Shown one piece after another: positions 58,402 through 64,000 of a stretch of 64,000 bases of DNA (the stretch's first letter is position 1; each line of letters starts with the position of its first letter). The DNA is from Octopus vulgaris. Taxonomy: Eukaryota. Position numbers and translations under genes: made by a program. The notes below the pieces were generated by a model. It saw only the letters and a program-made list of their open reading frames with translations. It made no database searches and was not told the DNA's origin. Location: NCBI GenBank assembly GCA_951406725.2, contig OX597819.1, forward strand, positions 21,328,001-21,392,000, given 5' to 3'.

Positions 58402-59534
58402 AATGTTTGTAGGTATATATGTATGTATGTCGCTGTATTCGAGCGTGTGTAAGCATTATTTGTAAGTATTTTTCGTATAAATGTATATCTATTGTGTTCG
58501 AAAATCATTCTTCTCACATATACATAATTCGATGCATATATACCACACACACCTATCAACACGCAACACATATTCACTCGCATACGCACGTAGAGTTGTA
58601 TTTCTTCCTCCATTTCTGGTGAAAAGAAAATTGGATATGATGATAAAAATATCGTATGAACCAAAAGAAATAATAACAAGAATAATAAATGAAAGAAGAA
58701 ATTGGAGAAGACTCTTTAAAGCAGACGACCGTTTTTTATTTTTATTTTTGCTATTGTTTTGGTGGTGTTCTTTTCTTTTTTTTACATATATTTTTCTTTT
58801 TCCATCGTCTATTTTAGACGAGAAAGAAGTGTTGAGTGTAGTATCTTGTATGTCCGTCCGATATTGAACTCACATTAGTAGTCCACTCGACAACGTGCGG
58901 AGCAGAAGCTGTTATTTTTGCAGCGTCATTTCTGACAGCTGGACTTGTGGATAACAACAATGACCTCCATTGTTCAGACGACTAATACTCCTCTTCAAAC
59001 GCAGGAGAACGCCAAGAATATTGATGAGTTTAGCAAACCTCAAATTTCTTTAGCACATACTTTGTTCGTTTAGATATATTTTATTACTTTCTATTTTGCT
59101 TTTTATTGATTGATTTGCTTAAACTTTTGCTGATATATATATATTTTTTTATTTTATTCCTAAAATAAAATATCGTTTTCCTCTCTTTTTCTCTAGTTTT
59201 CTGTCCATATTCTGGCACACCAAACTATGGTAAGGTTATTTCAAGCTCCCATTCTTCTTATTTTCTTTATTCACATCTTTTGCATTGTTTTTCGGACAGT
59301 AGGTCAATCGAATTTTCATGCATTATAGTATTATTGCAGTTCACGAGGGCCTCGAAATGGCAGAATCAGTAAAATAAATTTCTGGTGGCTTTCTCTATAT
59401 TCATTCGTCTACGTTCCGCTTTCAAATCCTGATTAAGAAATTTTATTTCTTTCGTTCGATTAAAATTTGCAGTTCGATTTTCGAAGTTGAATATTAGGCA
59501 AGTATATTTCATTGCGTTTGCTAACTTCAATTCG

Positions 59535-59795
59535 GGATTCAAACAAGGATGGTTGAGTCATGAATGCAAGCGGCCGTGAAGGGATTCCTTCAAAGGATCC
59601 TTGGAGTAAAGTTATGCGAGACGATGCGTAGCTCGAAGATCTCCTGTTTGATTCCTTATTTCTCCGTATTGAGAAGATCTGTTCGATTCACTATTTCTCC
59701 GTATTGAGAAGTCACAGCTCCAATACTACAGACATGTGGTTAGAATGTCTTATGAGTGGCTCACGAACGGATTCTTCAAACCGAACCTGCCGTCT
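59535..59795 (+). pseudogene. RTE-clade LINE ORF C-terminal remnant with an internal 35-bp tandem duplication
   Basis: QAAVKGFLQRILGVKLCETMRSSKI..LFLRIEKSQLQYYRHVVRM resembles the RTE C-terminus; tatttctccgtattgagaag occurs twice. Confidence 0.6.
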
Positions 59796-59818
59796 AAGGA
59801 ACTAGAGACCAAATTAAT

Positions 59819-59998
59819 TTATTAAAGGAACATGATAAACGATTTGATTTGGAATGGAATATTCTATCTAGGTCCTTTCCATATGATAAAGGTAAATCTT
59901 CTTGTTCGCTCTGTAACGAAGAACTCTATCTCACCCTTTTCTCAGAGAATTCTCTTGAAAAGACTTTTAAAGAACGCGTTTATCATTGCAATCATTAG
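59819..59998 (+). pseudogene. Penelope-like GIY-YIG endonuclease C-terminal remnant
   Basis: LLKEHDKRFDLEWNILSRSFPYDKGKSSCSLCNEELYLTLFSENSLEKTFKERVYHCNH* shows the W.I...Y...CxLC..E...CxH pattern; not in the ORF track. Confidence 0.7.
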
Positions 59999-60298
59999 CA
60001 AAACTTAACTTTAGTTCCTATAAGTAATTTCTAACAATCTATAACATTCGAACTTTAACTGTCTTCTCACATTTCATTTTCACTGAATACATCAATTTCC
60101 ACGCCTTTAAGCTATATTCCAAATCATTCATCGCACTACATTTCTCCATTATTAGTTTTCTGCTAATTTCTTTCTTTATCCTTCTCTTTCTATAAATTGC
60201 ATTTGACGTTAAATCTATTAGCCAGATTTCCCATCATCATATAGGCAGTAATCACATTCGGTTAAAATGGCTTTTTGATGCATTTTGTTTCTCTTTTT

Positions 60299-60383
60299 TA
60301 CCCTGATAACAACGCATTGTTTTACATCATTTCATTCCCTCTGGTATAATACCAATGTTTTCATCGAAACATATGTCGGAAGT
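60299..60383 (+). ncRNA. Decayed hammerhead downstream of the Penelope remnant
   Basis: CC-CUGAUAA-(long insert)-GAAAC-AUAU-GUC-GG; stem III palindrome ACAUAUGU; G8->A. Confidence 0.45.
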
Positions 60384-60429
60384 ATAAATATTTGAATAAC
60401 GCCTGCATTTAACACCATTTCTTTATTTA

Positions 60430-60469
<40 letters not shown>

Positions 60470-60514
60470 TATATGCATATACACACACGTGTGTGTGTGT
60501 GTGTGTGTGTGTGT

Positions 60515-60648
60515 GCTTACAAACCACATGGTTCAGAATTCAACTCCACTGCGTGGAAATTTGAGCAAGCCTCTTCTACTATAGCCATGCACCGACCAAA
60601 GCCTCGTGAGTGGATTTAGTAGACGGAAACTGAAAGAAGCCCGCTGTA
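60515..60648 (+). mobile_element. SINE family B head, truncated
   Basis: aaccacatggttcagaattcaactccactgcgtgg..agacggaaactgaaagaagcccg. Confidence 0.8.
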
Positions 60649-61741
60649 TATATATATCCATATATATATATATATAACATATATTTTTAGATATTTATTT
60701 CTTTTGACTCTTATTACGCATGCTAGCGAGTGGTAAATAAGTATTTTATAATTTTCTGCTAATATTTATCAAGTTAAATATTTAAATTCTTCAGCTCGAT
60801 CTATACGTTTGAATTTATTCACTGCTATCCTACTCTGGTGTGAAACATTGTTTTCAGGGCATTCGGAGGTAAATCCATGATGTATAAGCATGGAACTAAG
60901 TGCGTATGGCTTTACTTTGTGTTTGCGGTACGTATTGCATTTTATGTTTATGCATTTTATTAGCGACCTTACTGTTGACCTACAGATGATTAAAAGAATC
61001 AATTAATTATCTTATTAGTTGATTTATTTGTTCAGTAAGAGCGAAACTTACAAGTATAAGGTTTATTATGCTTTATTTAACCAAATGACGGACTCGCATA
61101 CAAATGAACGTGCGTTATTGTAAGAATAATCTTTCATAGTTTTAGGCTTTGACTGCCGTTTTTAGCATGCAGGAAATCCACATGGTGGTTTTCTCTTTGT
61201 GTATGTTTCATACACTAATATAATTAAAAATATTTGTCTTTTGACTCTTATTATACATGCTAGTCACAGATAAATAATTATTCAATAACTTTTGCCCTTT
61301 TATATATAGTCATACATACATATCAGCATAAACACACACACGCCCACACACACACACACATATATATTTAGTAATTTATTTTATTTTATTCATCTCTTTT
61401 GAAGAGCGTAGGCTCGAAACGTAAAGGACATTTTCATTTTCTCAAGCATCAAACTAATAAACCTGCTTGTTGTTCATTCACATGTCTTCCCCTTTTATGT
61501 TTTATAAATTTCAACTGTATATATGTGTGAGTCTGTGTGTGTATGCATATGTATAAATACTTGTATGAATATTGATACACATGCATATACATATATACAC
61601 ATATGTATATATATATATATATTAATAGGTATAAATATATTATATATATATATATATATATGTATATTTATATATATTTAAACGGCGGTGCATCAGCTTG
61701 GCCGCAGCTCTGAGCTAAAACTACAGAGAATATACATACAA

Positions 61742-61772
<31 letters not shown>

Positions 61773-62181
61773 CGCAGACGCACACACGCATATATGCACA
61801 TGCGCGTATGTATACATTTCCCTCCATAATAAATGTATCGCAGAATGCGTGTGTGCGATCGATCTTGTTGCCATGACAACACTCACGTCTATTTTCAATA
61901 TTCCTATTGACATTTTATAAGCTTGCATTGGAGTAAATTACATTATAATTAATAAGACTCTCCGGTTCCTTGATATCTTTATACAACCGTGACAAATGAC
62001 ACTGCTTAGTAACGGTAACATTGCTTTCCTCACAGTCTACGTTCGTATCTTTTTCACATACACACACACACATATACATATATGTATATATACACACTTA
62101 TATACATACATAAATACATGCGTGTATATATATGTACATTACATATATAAATACATAAATGTATATATGCATATATGTAAA

Positions 62182-62216
<35 letters not shown>

Positions 62217-62354
62217 CGGAGATGTACTCGCATAGCAAGTAATTTGATCTGAGATCGTGTGCTGAAACGAAAACAATTGCAGCGTGGGAGGTGTTTATAA
62301 GCCATTTAAGAAACACACAAAAGCCGTTCGATTCACTCCAACATTTAAGTTTAA

Positions 62355-62404
62355 TTTGTCAAAATATTTTCGTCGCTAAAATCCGCGACCTGTTCACTGA
62401 CAAA
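62355..62404 (-). ncRNA. Hammerhead ribozyme variant with a G3:C8 compensatory core
   Basis: UUUGUCA-GUGAACA-G-GUCGC(GGAUUUUA)GCGAC-GAAA-AUAU-UU-UGACAAA; 7-bp stem I, 5-bp stem II, palindromic stem III AAUAUU. Confidence 0.65.
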
Positions 62405-62453
62405 GTCCGTGCTGCATCTAAGAAAGTAACAGTTAGTTCGTCATATATATGTA

Positions 62454-64000
62454 TGTACGTATGTATGTGTGTATGTATGCATACATGTGTGTATGTATGT
62501 ACATATTCATGTCCGCACATACGCCTGTGTATGCATGTATGTATGTATGTATGTATGTATGTATGTATGTATGTATGTATGTATGTATATATGTATGTGT
62601 GTGTATAAGCACGCACATACACTCTATAAAACATAAAGTTATAAACCTGTAGCGTTGGATGGATGTAGAGTGACCACTCATCACAACGCTATCAAATTTC
62701 AACTCCCTACGGCCGAGGCTAGAAAGTGAATTTATGACGCTTGCTCACAAGAACTATACCCTAAAATCTATTATCAGATTTTTATCTCTATATCACAGAA
62801 CTAATGTTTTACTATTGTTCGTATGTATGTATGTATGTGCGTATGTATGTATGTGCGTATGTATGTATGTATGTATGTATGTATGTATGTATGTATGTAT
62901 GTATGTATGTATGTATGTACATACGTACGCATGTGCGTATGTATGTATACGCGCCCGTATGCATGTGCCCATGTATGTGTGTGTGTACATGTACGTGCGT
63001 ATGTACGTGTGTATGCCCATACGTAGGTATGTATGTATGTTTGTATTCATGTGCTACGTATGTATGTGAGTGTCTAGGAGAATGGGCAGATGTGTCCGTG
63101 AGAGTGTGTACATGTGTATGTGTATGTGAACGTATGTCCGTGTACTGGCATGTGTCCGTCCAAGTTGTGTACATGACTGTTACTTAGCTGAAGGTTGTAT
63201 ACATATTTACATATATGTTTGTATGTATGTAATATATGTAAATATGTATACAACCTTCAGCTAAGTAACAGTCATGTACACAACTTGGACGGACACATGC
63301 CAGTACACGGACATACGTTCACATACACATACACATGTACACACTCTCACGGACACATCTGCCCATTCTCCTAGACACTCACATACATACGTAGCACATG
63401 AATACAAACATACATACATACCTACGTATGGGCATACACACGTACATACGCACGTACATGTACACACACACATACATGGGCACATGCATACGGGCGCGTA
63501 TACATACATACGCACATGCGTACGTATGTACATACATACATACATACATACATACATACATACATACATACATACATACATACATACATACATACATACA
63601 CATACATACATACGCACATACATACATACATACGAACAATAGTAAAACATTAGTTCTGTGATATAGAGATAAAAATCTGATAATAGATTTTAGGGTATAG
63701 TTCTTGTGAGCAAGCGTCATAAATTCACTTTCTAGCCTCGGCCGTAGGGAGTTGAAATTTGATAGCGTTGTGATGAGTGGTCACTCTACATCCATCCAAC
63801 GCTACAGGTTTATAACTTTATGTTTTATAGAGTGTATGTGCGTGCTTATACACACACATACATATATACATACATACATACATACATACATACATACATA
63901 CATACATACATACATACATGCATACACAGGCGTATGTGCGGACATGAATATGTACATACATACACACATGTATGCATACATACACACATACATACGTACA
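62454..64000. repeat. Large near-perfect inverted duplication, 15-nt spacer at 63217-63231, right arm runs off the window
   Basis: 63232-64000 is the reverse complement of 62454-63216, including non-repetitive blocks; visible differences are confined to the (ATGT)n tract. Confidence 0.95.

Noticed and set aside
62734-63720. Mirror-image ORF pairs on opposite strands as duplicated genes
   Set aside because: By-product of the inverted duplication and (ATGT)n repeats

Overview
AT-rich, microsatellite-saturated eukaryotic non-coding DNA. The repeat style suggests a cephalopod (octopus-like) genome, which is an inference. No host protein-coding exon can be supported, and almost all ORFs in the supplied track are (TA)n/(CA)n/(TATC)n artefacts. 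The window is a transposon graveyard. It holds a young 5'-truncated CR1/L2-type LINE with a 499-codon open RT frame (37281-38780) plus older relatives, two pieces of a Tx1/L1-clade element both anchored in (TATC)n, a decayed mariner, RTE and Penelope (GIY-YIG) remnants, and many tRNA-derived SINEs of at least four families. The main hidden signal is a dense set of minimal type-I hammerhead ribozyme motifs: about 7 intact or near-intact and about 6 decayed. They belong to unrelated small elements next to TA-rich microsatellites, several are wrapped in inverted repeats, and nearly every family has its own palindromic stem III. One (62355-62404, minus) carries a compensatory G3:C8 swap in the catalytic core. 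The window ends inside a near-perfect inverted duplication with arms of at least 760 bp, centred at about 63224.
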